A stretch of 63,703 nt of DNA, filler included, from Octopus bimaculoides (taxonomy: Eukaryota), in the NCBI RefSeq assembly GCF_001194135.2. It is 6 parts of 6 records of this genome, joined end to end, with 100 filler letters (N's around TTAATTAATTAA, not from the genome) between each part and the next. Parts side by side here need not be neighbours in the genome. Positions count along the whole stretch, not along the records: positions 1 to 24,285 come from NC_068981.1; positions 24,386 to 33,712 come from NC_068987.1; positions 33,813 to 41,162 come from NW_026416882.1; 3 more parts are not named here. The stretch is one strand, 5' to 3'. Shown here piece by piece: positions 22,943 through 35,071 of this stretch. A program made the translations under genes and the position numbers. The notes below the pieces were generated by a model that was not told the origin of the DNA, ran no database searches, and was given only the letters and a program-made list of their open reading frames with translations. Within the stretch, counting starts at the first letter, position 1. The number at the start of each line of letters is the position of its first letter.

Positions 22943-23259
22943 AGAAACTGAAACAAGCCTGTCATATGTGTATGTATGTGTGTGTGTGTGTGTGTGTGTT
23001 TGTTCATGTATCTGTGTTTGACCTCCACCCCACCATCACTTGACAACTGTTGGTGTGTTTACTTCCCTGTAACTTAGCGGTTCAGCAAAAGAAACCCATA
23101 GAATAAGTACTAGGCTTACAAAAAATAAGTCCTGGGGTCGATTTGTTCACTTAAAGGTGGTGCTCCAGCATGGCTGCAGTCAAATAAATGACACATATAA
23201 AGGAATATTATAGAAGCATAACCAATTCATTGCAGATAAATTTTAGCAAAAAATGTTAT

Positions 23260-23810
23260 ATGGAAGTAGTAGTAGTAGTAGTAGTTGTAGTAGTTGTAGT
23301 TGTAGTAGTAGTAGTAGTAGTAGTTGTAGTAGTAGTAGTAGTAGTAGTCGTAGTAGTTGTAGTAGTAGTAGTTGTAGTAGTGGTAGTAGTAGTAGTAGTT
23401 GTAGTAGTAGTAGTTGTAGTAGTAGTAGTTGTAGTTGTAGTAGTAGTAGTAGTAGTTATGGTAGTGGTAGTAGTAGTAGTAGTTGTAGTAGTGGTGGTGG
23501 TGGTAGTAGTAGTAGTAGAAGCATCACCGCCATCGCCAGTAGCACCATTAACAACAACACCACCATTGCCAGTAATACCACCGCCACTACCACCACCAAC
23601 ACCTACACCACTACAATCACCACCACTACTACAATCAACACCAAAACTAACAGCACTACCACCACCATAACTACCACCACTACTACAATCACCACCACCA
23701 CCACCACCAAAGCTAACAGCACTGCCACCACTACTACTATCAGTAGCATCACCAAATCCAGCACCACTACCACCTCCACCACCACCCCAACAGCACCACT
23801 GACAGTATTA
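23260..23810. repeat. (GTA/GTG)n tract followed by a degenerate (ACT/ACC)n tract
   Basis: Direct inspection; gives the poly-V and poly-S/T ORFs. Confidence 0.9.
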
Positions 23811-24027
23811 TTAAAAACATCAGTACCAGGAGCCATGTGGCCAGGTTTGGCATATATATATATATTTGGTATACATATCTGTTCCTGTAATACGTAGGTG
23901 TATATGTATATAGTAACTAAATACCTTTACTGGTGTATTATTACAGTCTGGTAACTAACTCTCTGACTCCCCTTAAAATTTCTGGCCTTGTGCCTTTGTA
24001 AGAAAATTATTTTTTGTTTCTTATACA

Positions 24028-24070
<43 letters not shown>

Positions 24071-24071
<1 letters not shown>

Positions 24072-24285
24072 GGACGGCGAGCTGGCAGAACCGTTAGCAC
24101 GCCGGGCGAAATGCTTAGCGGTATTTCGTCTGCCGCTACGTTCTATGTTCAAATTCCGCCGAGGTCGACTTTGCCTTTCATCCTTTCGGGGTCGATTAAA
24201 TAAGTACCAGTTACGCAATGGGGTCGATATAATCGACTTAATCCCTTTGTCTGTCCTTGTTTGTCCCCTCTGTGTGTAGCCCCTT
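24071..24285 (+). mobile_element. Young family-A SINE truncated by the block end
   Basis: Matches the other young copies but stops at GCCCCTT, just before the artificial spacer. Confidence 0.88.
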
Positions 24286-24385
24286 NNNNNNNNNNNNNNN
24301 NNNNNNNNNNNNNNNNNNNNNNNNNNNNNTTAATTAATTAANNNNNNNNNNNNNNNNNNNNNNNNNNNNNNNNNNNNNNNNNNNN
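24286..24385. other. Artificial scaffold-join spacer (44 N + TTAATTAATTAA + 44 N)
   Basis: Exactly 100 bp; the 12-mer gives stops in all six frames; same layout five times. Confidence 0.95.
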
Positions 24386-24650
24386 AATCAGGGCAGCGCA
24401 AAAAGTTGTTTTGCACAAGCATTTCTATAGCCAATTACACAGATGAAATTTACGTATGCTTAATAATGTTACGCAAAACAGCCTTCAGACTTTCCCTATT
24501 AATTTCATCGTCTTTTGAATTATGAACATATTTACATCATAAGGGTTTTTTCGTTGTAAGGCTTTCTTTTTTAGTTGATTTTCAGCTAGCAAGACTTATC
24601 TTAGATGGCATAATAAGTCACACCCGGACAAGGTTGGGTTATACTGCTAG
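24386..24650 (+). mobile_element. Non-autonomous Helitron 3' end (same family as 31269-31633)
   Basis: Ends ACCCGGACAAGGTTGGGT (hairpin)-TATACTG-CTAG|T. About 265 bp are a close reverse complement of 31269-31530. Confidence 0.75.
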
Positions 24651-26269
24651 TATATATATATATATATATATATATACGTATATATACATGTATGTATATA
24701 TATATGTATGCATATATATGTATGTCTATATATTCTTTTATTCTTTTACTCATTTCAGTCATTTGACTGCGGCCATGCTGGAGCACTGCTTTTAGTCGAA
24801 CAAATCGACCCCCAGAACTTATTCTTTGGAAGCTATGTACTTATTTTATTGTCCCTTTTGCCAAACTGCTAAGTTATGGGGATGTAAACACACCACCATT
24901 TGTTATCAAGCGATGATGGGGGGACAAACAGACACACAAACACACACACACACAGATATATATATATATGACGGGCTTCTTTCAGTTTCCGTCTGCCAAA
25001 TCCACTCACAAGGCTTTGATTGGCCCGAGGCTATAGTAGAAGACACTTGCCCAAGGTGCCACTCAATGGGACTGAACCCAGAACCATGTGGCTGGTAAGC
25101 AAGCTACTTACCACACAGCTTCTCCTGCATATCATCATCATCATCATCGTTTAACGTCCGCTTTCCATACTGGCATGGGTTGGACCGTTTGACTGAGGAC
25201 TGGCAAGCCAGATGGCTGCACCAGGCTCCAATCTGATCTGGCAGAGTTTCTACAGCTGGATGCCCTTCCTAATGCCAACCACTCCGAGAGTGGAGTGGGT
25301 GCTTTTATGTGCCACCGGCATGAGGGCCAGTCAGGCGGTACTGGCGACGGCCACACTCAGACACCCTTTATGACTTTTTATATGGCACTAGTAATGTTGA
25401 AGTTAGATCAACATAAACTATGAGCAAAATTTTGCAACATAACCTTTAAGTTCCAATGATATATTTTTATGATATGCGTTGTCTAATAATGGTATTTGTT
25501 AAATGATTTTTCTTAGAGCTGTGCCTCAACTTATGATGCACAGTGTCTTAAGGGGGCTCTCTGTTCGTTTTTACCTCCCATTTTGTCATGGGATGATACT
25601 CGTTATTTAAAGGCATGTTTTTATGAAATTGTTCATTTTTCTGCAAACACAAACATAATATTATACCATCAATGAATAAGGAAGCAGATTTTAACAAAAT
25701 ACCAAGATATCAGTATATGTTTGGAGATGTAAAAGTAACATAAATGATTGAGTTTCATTTGAGCATTAATTAGATATAATGATTTCAGATTTAGGCACAA
25801 GGCTAATAATTTTTAAGAGGAAGTATAGTCAATATCTTTGACCCAAGTGTTTTATTTTATTTGTACTTTATTTCATTCACCTGTAAGGGTGAAAGGCAAA
25901 GTTACTCTTGGCAGGATTTCAAATCAGATTATAAAAGATATAGAACAAATACCACAAGGTATTTTCTTTGACACTCTAATGATTCTAACAATAATAATAA
26001 TAATAACATTGTGTAACAAAATAAAAAAAACATTTTATCTTTGGTCAGTAAGTGTTATTTCCTATTTACTTCTATCTAGAAATCAAAGGAAATGATTACC
26101 ATTCCCTTCAAACTTTGCTTTTGTAAACTGGACATCAGTGTTTTGAAACTGACCTATTTTCCATTACATTTCAGACAGATTCAGCACTGAGTTGCTGAAG
26201 CTGAAATATTGTTATAGCAAATATTCTGCTCAGTTCCACAGGTTTGCTTGTTGCTTGACTGTAATCACT

Positions 26270-27215
26270 TAGTGGCCGATAATGTGCATCTCTGATCATG
26301 ACAAATCACAAATCCCTTTAGATAGATGGCCGTGCAAAATTTGTAGAAAAAGTGTAGGTAGAAACTCCTTAAGATGCATCTGGTGTAAGTTATGGACACA
26401 TAAGAGGTGCAGCAATATCAGAGGAAGGTTAATGGGGAAAATAGCTTTTGTATGTGGAAGATGCACAGGTACAATAAACACCAAAAATATACAGAAAATA
26501 GACTCCATCAATTGCCAGGTGGGTAAGCTAGAGGTAGCAGATAGCTTCTATTATCTAGGTGACCAAGTTAGTAGTGGTGGTGGATGCTGTGAAAGTGTAG
26601 CTGTGAGAATAAGAATAGGCTGGGCAAAGTTCAGAGAGCCCCTACCTCTGCTGGCAACAAAGGTTCTTTCCCTTTCTCTCAGAGTGAAAGGCAGATTGTA
26701 TGAGGCCTGTGTGTGAACAACTATGCTACATGGCAGTGAAACATAGGCTGTGACAGCCAAGGACATGCATAGGCTTGAAAGAAATGAAGCCAGTATGCTT
26801 CACTGGATGTGCTGTGTCAGTGTGCATGTTCGACAGAGTGTAAGCATCATCAAATGTGGTGTACAAGAGAGACAATTGCACTGGTGTGGTCATGTAATGC
26901 ATATAGACAAGGACAGCTGTGTAAAGAAGTGCCAGTCTCTGTGGCTGATGCTAGTGCCATGTAACAGGCACTGCTAGTGGCGTGTAAAAAGCACCTTTTG
27001 AATGTTGAGCCTCACGGAGGCAAAGTAGCTGAGCTCCTTTCGAGTGTTTGGGCCTCATGGAGGCAATGACCGAGACCTTTGGCATTATGTTGTGCTTGAG
27101 AAGAAGACCCATCAAACCGAGCAAAACTGCAGTCATGGCAGATACCACTGTCACATAAATGGCAGATGAAAGCACCCATTATAATCTTGGAGTGGTTGGT
27201 GTTAGGAAGGTGGAA
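26270..27215 (+). mobile_element. RTE/RTE-X-like LINE 3' fragment (PHD-like finger, thumb, 3' UTR)
   Basis: RWPCKICRKSVGRNSLRCIWCKLWTHKRCS..FVCGRC, LEVADSFYYLGDQVSSGGGC, RIRIGWAKFRE, RLERNEASMLHWMC; homologous to 19320-20085. Confidence 0.9.
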
Positions 27216-27339
27216 AGGAAATTGGACACATCAACATCAGGAGAAGAATCTTTGAATCTGCGTATTACTCCTTCTGTTAATTGTTGGTTTTTTTACTGCT
27301 CTCCCTGGTTTTGAGGAAGATTAGAACTGCTTACAAACT

Positions 27340-28870
27340 GCAAAAGAACATGTGATCAATTAATCACTTGCTCTTTATGGATGATTTGAAGATTTATGAA
27401 GCTAGCAGAGGTTAACTGGACTCCTTATTGAAGACATGCAAATTTTCTCACATGACATTCTAGATGCATTTGGTCTATCTAGGTGTGCTCTTCTTGAACT
27501 GAGGAGAGGGTGAAAAGTAGTAGACAGTAGTGGAGTACAACTTCCAGAAGATGAGCATACAAGAGAAGTGAATGGAGAAAGTTACGAGTATCTTGGTGTT
27601 TTACTATTAGCCAGGTGGTAAACACCAAGATGAAGGAAAAAATTTCTTCTGAATATAACAGAAAAGTGAAAAAGCTATGTAGATCCAAGCTGAATTGAGG
27701 AAATCTGATCAGAGGCATCAGTGCTTGGGTTTTAAGTGTGGTATAATACTGCATGGGAGTTGTGGAATGGACAAAGGAGAAACTAGTTAGTATGGACAGA
27801 AGAACTAGGAAGATAATGGCCATGCATTGAAGTCTTCATACTAGAAATAATCTTGCAAGGCTTTAACTATCTAGGAAGAAAGGTGGAAGAGGATTGGTTA
27901 GAATAGAGATTAGTGTTACAAAGGAGATCAAGTTCTTGAATTCCTATCTTAGAGATAGCAGTGAAAGAATGTTGCAGACTGCACTGGGAAAGAAGGTGAC
28001 CAGTGATAATAATGAGACCCTCCATGAGTACAAAATGAGGACTAATGAAAAGATCATCAGCTAGAAGGAGAAAGTTTTGCTCAGGGAGTTTTTCCAACAA
28101 AACCAGATAAAGCTGATGAAGTATCTTGGAAGTATTAAGACATGGATTTTTAAAAAAGGAGACAGAAGTTTTAAAGAGACAGGATGATTCTTGCTGCAGA
28201 AGAACAAGCTTTAAAGGGCAACTCAATCAAGTGTAGCATTTATCACCATTGTTGATTATGTAAAAAACCATCAGAGACGTATCTAATTAGTGGATGCTCA
28301 AAACTGGCCCCAAAAGAGTTAAAAAAACCCCCACCATGACCAAGTTACGAATACACTGGGAGTTATGCAGGAAGTACAGGTTAGAATGTCCCAAAAAGTG
28401 GTACGAGCATGAACTTTTGCCAGTAGCAGAGAATGACTAGATGAAACTCATGTGAGATATATCAATTTACACAGATAAGAAGTTGCAAAATAACTAACCA
28501 TACATCACTCTCCTATGGAAGGAGTCCAAAGTATGGATCTTCATTGACATAGATACACCTGCAGGCCAGACTATTGTGAAGACAGAGAACAAGAAAGTCA
28601 AAACTTAGCATTGGAAGGGAAACACATCCATATAGTTTCAAAAGTGAGTGTGATACCTATCATGATTGTTGCACTTGGGACCATCTCAAAGAAAGCAATA
28701 CTCTGGCATGTAAAGCTGAAAATACCAAACTTCATAGGAAGTACACAGTTGGCAACAATACTCAGAACAGGACATGTTTTTAGGAAAGTGTTACATTTCT
28801 AAGCTGTGGGAAGGAGTTGATACATGACATGGATAACCCAAGAAAAGAAAGAGTAAAGACAATAATGTCA
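27340..28870 (+). mobile_element. Decayed 5'-truncated R4/Dong-like non-LTR retrotransposon (RT plus restriction-like endonuclease region)
   Basis: INHLLFMDDLKIY, FGLSRCA, YEYLGV, SKLN.GNLIRGISAW, MDRRTRKIM, SRKKGGRGL, HWELCRKY, and a C-terminal PDI-type RLE remnant. Confidence 0.82.
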
Positions 28871-30270
28871 GCAGGATCTTCATTAACTTACATTTCTAAA
28901 CTGTTCTCTTATGATGGGCTTTTGTGCCTGAAATATATGAAGAGTGCTCAACTTTCCCTATACACATTTTTTAGAAAGTTTTCCATATTCGTTATTTGTT
29001 AATAACATCTATATAATAATAGCTGATATAAATGTTGATTAGTTGCTTGCTTGACTTTTTGAAGTAACTCTTTACATTGTACGGAGAAATTGAAGAGAGA
29101 GTAAAAGAGATGCAGAGTTGGATGAGTGCACATATTGCCTACACTTGGTGGCAGGCAATAACTTTTTCAAAAAGGCAGAAAAGTGCACTTTTTGAAGTTT
29201 TACAGATATAGGTTTCTGATGGACTAGGTTGCGTTTGGTTGGTAAAATTTAGAAGAATAATGACAAATTTATTGCTAATATACAAGTGAGAAATTTGTTA
29301 TATTTAATTTAATTTTAGCATAATAAATATTTTTTCTTTTAAAAATTAGTATTCACATCATTGATAAAAGTTAAATTATAATTATTGTATATATGCCATA
29401 TTTCTTGATATTACTCATGGTAGTCGAAGTATGCTTCTAAAGTTACCGGTTGTATGTTAAGTGACACTCTAGTATTAATAATAATGATGATTATTTTTTT
29501 ATATATAAGCTCAAGATTACATATTTCTGAGTAGAGATAAAGGCAATTAGATTGGCTGTTGAAATAATTGAGGCTTGACAAATTTGAACTCAGAATGTGA
29601 TGGGACACAACTAAATATCAGTCAGTCAACACCATAAGGTCAATCAATCAATAATGATATGAGACAAGATTTAAATGGCACCAACTTGGATCATAACTAA
29701 AATTAGTTCATTGTAGATTATATCAGTCCTGCCTCAATCTTTGTAACAAAGTAGAAATGTGTAAGATAAAAAGCTTCACATTGTAAAAAGTACACACATT
29801 GTGCATGCTGACCATGACACAATGAGGCTAAAATCAATGAAATGAAAGACTGGCTGGATGTGCAAGGAGCACAACTCAGTGCCACCAGCTGCAACATGTA
29901 AAATTACTGTCATCATATGTAAAATAGTTCCAAGACAGTTTGAATGGGATGCAAAGCAATTTAGTTTATTATAAAATATACCACCACCACTCCACTCACT
30001 ATATATTTTTCATAGACTTTGCAAATCCATCTCTCCACCCCCATCACTTTTCAGTCATTGCATTGAAATGTTATTACTTGACCCTTGGCTATTTGTGTGT
30101 TTTGTGAGTGTGAGAAATAAAGAGAAAAAAGTGCCAATGAATTCATGAGATACTTTTTTACAACAATTTCAACAAAGAAACTTAACTGCAGGCCAAGTAT
30201 GAATGGATGATAGGACAGAGCAGTTCTATATCTTCTTGACTTATGGCACATTATAATGTGCCATATATGT

Positions 30271-31067
30271 ATATATGTAAGAGGCATAGTTGCTTGAATA
30301 CAAAGTTCACTTAGAAAGCATGTGGTTTCTGGTTCAATCCCACTGCACTGAGTCAGAGGCATGTGTCATCTATGTGGGTAGCTTGAATTGACCAATGCCT
30401 TGTGAATGAAAATTTGACACATGGAAACTGTATGGGAGCCTACCATGTGTGTGTGTGGATGTGCATATGTGTGTTTGTGTCCACATGCCTTTGCATTGCA
30501 GCCACTTGGGGGCAATAATGACATGTTTTTTCTGCCATAGACAAACTTAAATGTTTGACAGGCAGAAACTATTGGAGTAAAATATCTTACTTGAAAAACA
30601 AGTAAAGATTTGTGTCAAGAAGGTCATGCAGGGAAGGAAAAAGGGGATGTAAAATTAAATGAAACTATATATTTGGAGACATGTTGGTGTTTATGTAAGG
30701 GGCAATTTCAGATTCCAAGAGGGCAACAGAATGTTAAAAGGATAAGGAGTTTAGACATAAGCAACAGCATGCTTCTTGTATTGTTTCTAATTTTTAAAGT
30801 TAAAATTGTTTTCAATGTGAAGTGTGTCAGTAATGTCATTTGTGATGTATAATTATACATCACACACACATATATGTACATCCACACACACACATGGTAA
30901 GCTTCCATAGTTTCCATGTGTCAATTTTTCATTCACAAGGCATTGGTCAATTCAAGCTACCCACATAGATGACACACGCCTATGACTCAGTGCAGTGGGA
31001 TTGAACCAGAAACAACATGCTTTCTAAGTGAATTTTGTATTCATGCAACTATGCTTCTTACATATAT
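30271..31067. repeat. Inverted pair of ~200-bp decayed family-C SINE copies (30271-30473 and 30862-31067)
   Basis: Arms are about 90% reverse-complementary and share diagnostic departures from other SINE-C copies (e.g. CACTGAGTCA, CATCTATGTGGGTAGCTTGAATTG). Confidence 0.9.
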
Positions 31068-31268
31068 ATGTGTGTGTGTGTATCTTATCTTATATTATAT
31101 CTTGTATATATATATTATAATGAGGAAAGCTGCTTATTACTTAGGTATGTAAAAGAAAGCAATTATTAAAGGTTTAACCATCTGGAAAATTTTCTATATC
31201 ATAATTTTTTAATAAATTCATGTTCCAAAAAATTTCCTGTAATTTCAATTTCTGAATTTTATTGAATA

Positions 31269-31633
31269 CTAGCAGTATAACCCAACCTTGTCCGGGTGTG
31301 ACTTATTACGCCATCTACGATAAGTCTTGCTAGGTGAAAATCAACTAAAAAAGAAAGCCTTACAACAAAAAAACCCTTATGATGTAAATATGTTCATAAT
31401 TCAAAAGACGAAATTATTCGGGAAAGTCTGAAGGCTGTTTTGCGTAACATTATTAAGCGTACGTAAATTTCATCTGTCTAATTGGCTATAGAAATGCTTG
31501 TGCAAAACAACTTTTTGCGCTGCCCTGATTATACATAGCAGAGTAATCCCTTTTCGCATGAGCTAGGACGGCAATTTGTGATGAAGCAATTGCTGGCAAT
31601 CTGTTGCTACACAGTTTTGCCAGAATTCTATCA
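31269..31633 (-). mobile_element. Non-autonomous Helitron (3' end at 31269), continuing into a gap
   Basis: A|CTAG-CAGTATA-ACCCAACCTTGTCCGGGT on + is the reverse complement of hairpin + CTAG|T. Confidence 0.75.
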
Positions 31634-31860
31634 NNNNNNNNNNNNNNNNNNNNNNNNNNNNNNNNNNNNNNNNNNNNNNNNNNNNNNNNNNNNNNNNNNN
31701 NNNNNNNNNNNNNNNNNNNNNNNNNNNNNNNNNNNNNNNNNNNNNNNNNNNNNNNNNNNNNNNNNNNNNNNNNNNNNNAGAACAACAAAAGTTATAATAG
31801 TTGGCAGGGTCGGTACTTTACACATATCTGTAATTTTTCAGATTAACATCCGCACGATTA

Positions 31861-32006
31861 CCCAACCCTAATCCTAACACTAACCCTAACCCTAAAACCC
31901 TAACCCTGACCCTAAAACCGTAACTGTAACACTAATCCTAACCCTAACCGTAACCCTAAACCCTAACCCTAAACCCTAACCCTGACCCTAAAACCCTAAC
32001 CCTAAC
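31861..32006. repeat. Degenerate interstitial telomere-like (CCCTAA)n array
   Basis: More than 20 CCCTAA-like units, including CCCTAAA, CCCTGA, CCGTAA and CACTAA variants. Confidence 0.9.
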
Positions 32007-32862
32007 ATCCTAGTGAAAATCGTGGTATATTTACAAAACATTGACAAACATGAGTTATATTTTACTGAATGATTGTGTACTTGCACGTGTATGCGTTTGA
32101 GAGAATGAGAGAAGAAGAGGTAGAGAGAGGAGGAGAAAGGAATAGAGGTAATTTAAATATTCGTTGCATTCATTGCAGAGTAGATTTATTAAACAACATT
32201 AACTCATTGCAGGAGAAATTTTCCATTTTCAATTGCAACAGTCTCTTACTCTCTCTAGCCTCTCTTTTCATTAATGATAATTTAATATATATTCATTTCG
32301 ATGTTTTCATTTCAAATTTTAATTTGCTATTTGCAAAATCCACAGTATATTCTATATATGTAATGTATATAGTATACTGGTATAATTTTTAAAAAACGAA
32401 TTAAGAAGTGATTTTGTTGGTATGGCTTTTTGGAACAGCCTTACAGTAATAACTATGTGAACGCTACTATTTCTAGCATGCTAAACATGCTAGAGTTACC
32501 TTGAAGTTTCTTTAGATTACAGATATATTACAACTATAATAAATTACTGAAAGAAATATTTACTAAGCAAGTGAGATTTTTTATAAATTGAAGATTTCAG
32601 GAAAATTTACTTTCTGAACTACCTTTTATTATTGAATATTTCAAGTTCACAAATTTAGATATTCAGTACAAGATAGTTTGGCATTGTTTCGCCATTGTTT
32701 ACAATGTCCTCTCTCCCCCTCACACACACAGTCTCTCTAGTATAAACACACATACTGTCTCTGTAATATAAACACACACACACACTCCAGATTTGACTAG
32801 CAGAAAACCATCCAGTGGGCAGTCTATCTGCAAGTATTATAATATGTGTGTGTGTGTGTATA

Positions 32863-33631
32863 CATGGTGCGATGGGTAAATTGTTGCCATTTTATATTTT
32901 TAATTTCATGCATGCGCATTGATTTTGATTTTGTCAATTACACAGTATCGTAGGGTCAGTTGGGCACTGTCTATGAGAAAAACAGCACCATGATGCAATT
33001 CACTTTGCCAGAAATTTATAAATGATATACTGTACTGCTCGGTATTCATGCCGGAAGCTCCAATACGAACATTTCAGGGTGTTGGGTGTCAATCTGAGTT
33101 CCCAAAACATATACTGAGAGTGATAAAAATCAAACATCCAGTCAATATGATGGTGACGTTATGCCTCCATTCATCTCCCCACATGGCATCAGACTCAACA
33201 CAGAGGCCTACATCAAGTGCCTGCAGGAGGTAGTGCTGCCCTGGGTCAAGAGGGTGGCTGCTATCAGACAATTTCTGCAACCACATTACCCCTAACATCT
33301 GGCCACCTAACTCCCCAGACTGCAACCACTTTGATTATTAAGTATGGGGCACAGTTGAGCAAGAGACCAACAAAACTTGTAACACCAAAGATGAACTGAA
33401 GGCAAGGATTATGGCAGCATCCACCAACTTAAACAACAAGACTGTCCAGAAGAGTTGCAGGAGATTGTCTGGAGGCCATGGTTGAAGTCAATGGCAATTT
33501 TATTGAATAAATTTACTCTTTAATATTTAAAGATATTTTTGTTATATTGGTAAATATATCTCTTAAAATGAGATGTCAGTGATATTTTCATTTTTGCATA
33601 ATTTAGACAACAGTTTATTCACTGCACCCTG
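32863..33631 (+). mobile_element. Internally deleted Tc1/mariner (maT/DD37D-like) transposon
   Basis: DGDVMPPF, LNTEAYIKCLQEVVLPWVKRVA, ITPNIWPPNSPDCNHFDY.VWGTVE, TKDELKARI. Decayed TIRs CATGGTGCGATGGGTAAATTGTTG vs CAGGGTGCAGTGAATAAACTGTTG. Confidence 0.85.
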
Positions 33632-33712
33632 TTTGTGTGTATGTATCATCATCATCGTTTAACGTCCGCTTTCCATGCTAGCATGGGTTGGGCGATTTGA
33701 CTGAGGACTGGT

Positions 33713-33812
33713 NNNNNNNNNNNNNNNNNNNNNNNNNNNNNNNNNNNNNNNNNNNNTTAATTAATTAANNNNNNNNNNNNNNNNNNNNNNNNNNNNNNNN
33801 NNNNNNNNNNNN
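33713..33812. other. Artificial scaffold-join spacer
   Basis: 44 N + TTAATTAATTAA (33757-33768) + 44 N. Confidence 0.95.
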
Positions 33813-34897
33813 CACGCACACAAAAACGCATGGCGTATACAGCGATTCAAATTCTTTTTCCTTTTCTGTGTGTCCCTTATTTCAACTAATCAATTAATTT
33901 AAAAATTTCTTCCGACTTATGTATTCTGAGAGATAAGACTTTGTGCCTGGAAATTGTGACAGAGATTCGACCCCTACAAATTTCAAATTAGACGAATTTT
34001 ATCCATTAATATAGCACCACAGAGGGTAAAGAAATAAATCTCTGGGAAAGGCAACTGAGAAAACGAAAAGAATGGATAGAGACTCGCACAGAAATTTATG
34101 CAGTGATAGAAATTTGAGATATAAAAGAAAGAGACGTGTGGTAAGAAGCTTGCTTCCCAACCACATGGTTCTGGGGTGGGGGTGGTGGTGGTGGTCATAT
34201 GAGCGCTGCAGCCATGCAACGTATTTAGGGAGAGAAAGCCTGTCGGAGCCCATCCCTCTCCAAGATAAACACATTTTTGCCAGCTGAGTGGACTGGAGCA
34301 ACGTGGAATGAAGTGTCTTGCTCAAGAACACAATGCATCGCCCGGTCCAGGAATTGAAGCCGCAATCTTACGGTCGTGAGTCCAACGCCCTAACCACTAT
34401 GGGAATATATACACCACAACAACCTGAAAACTAGTCTTATGTGTCAGTATCACTGGAGAAGGATCTCCTCTTTTTCGGAGTAACTCGGAGCAAATATATG
34501 CAAAGGGCTTCTGCATAGTTTCCTTCTATACGCTAGGCGTTATTCGGACGGCAGCTAAATTGACACACACCTGCTCAAGGTGCCACCCAGTGGGAATGAT
34601 CCGCTGTCCACTTGGTTACAAAACGAACTTCTTGGCTACGCAACGCAAACATGTGTGTACATATTTGTGTGCACTCATTTGTCTTTCTATGTATCTATGT
34701 GACTCACTCGTCACCTCTCTCTCTCTCTTTAGTAAACACACACACACACACCTATACACACACGTGTACACACATATACGTACAGACACATACACAATAT
34801 TCATTATATTCATAGGAAATTTCATGCATAGAAATACATATACATCCACATATATATAAAAATGTTTTTTTAAAATTATTTACATGATTCTGTACGG

Positions 34898-34939
<42 letters not shown>

Positions 34940-35021
34940 ANNNNNNNNNNNNNNNNNNNNNNNNNNNNNNNNNNNNNNNNNNNNNNNNNNNNNNNNNNNN
35001 NNNNNNNNNNNNNNNNNNNNN

Positions 35022-35071
<50 letters not shown>

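Noticed and set aside
31861-32006. True chromosome end
   Set aside because: The array is short, degenerate and flanked by ordinary sequence on both sides.
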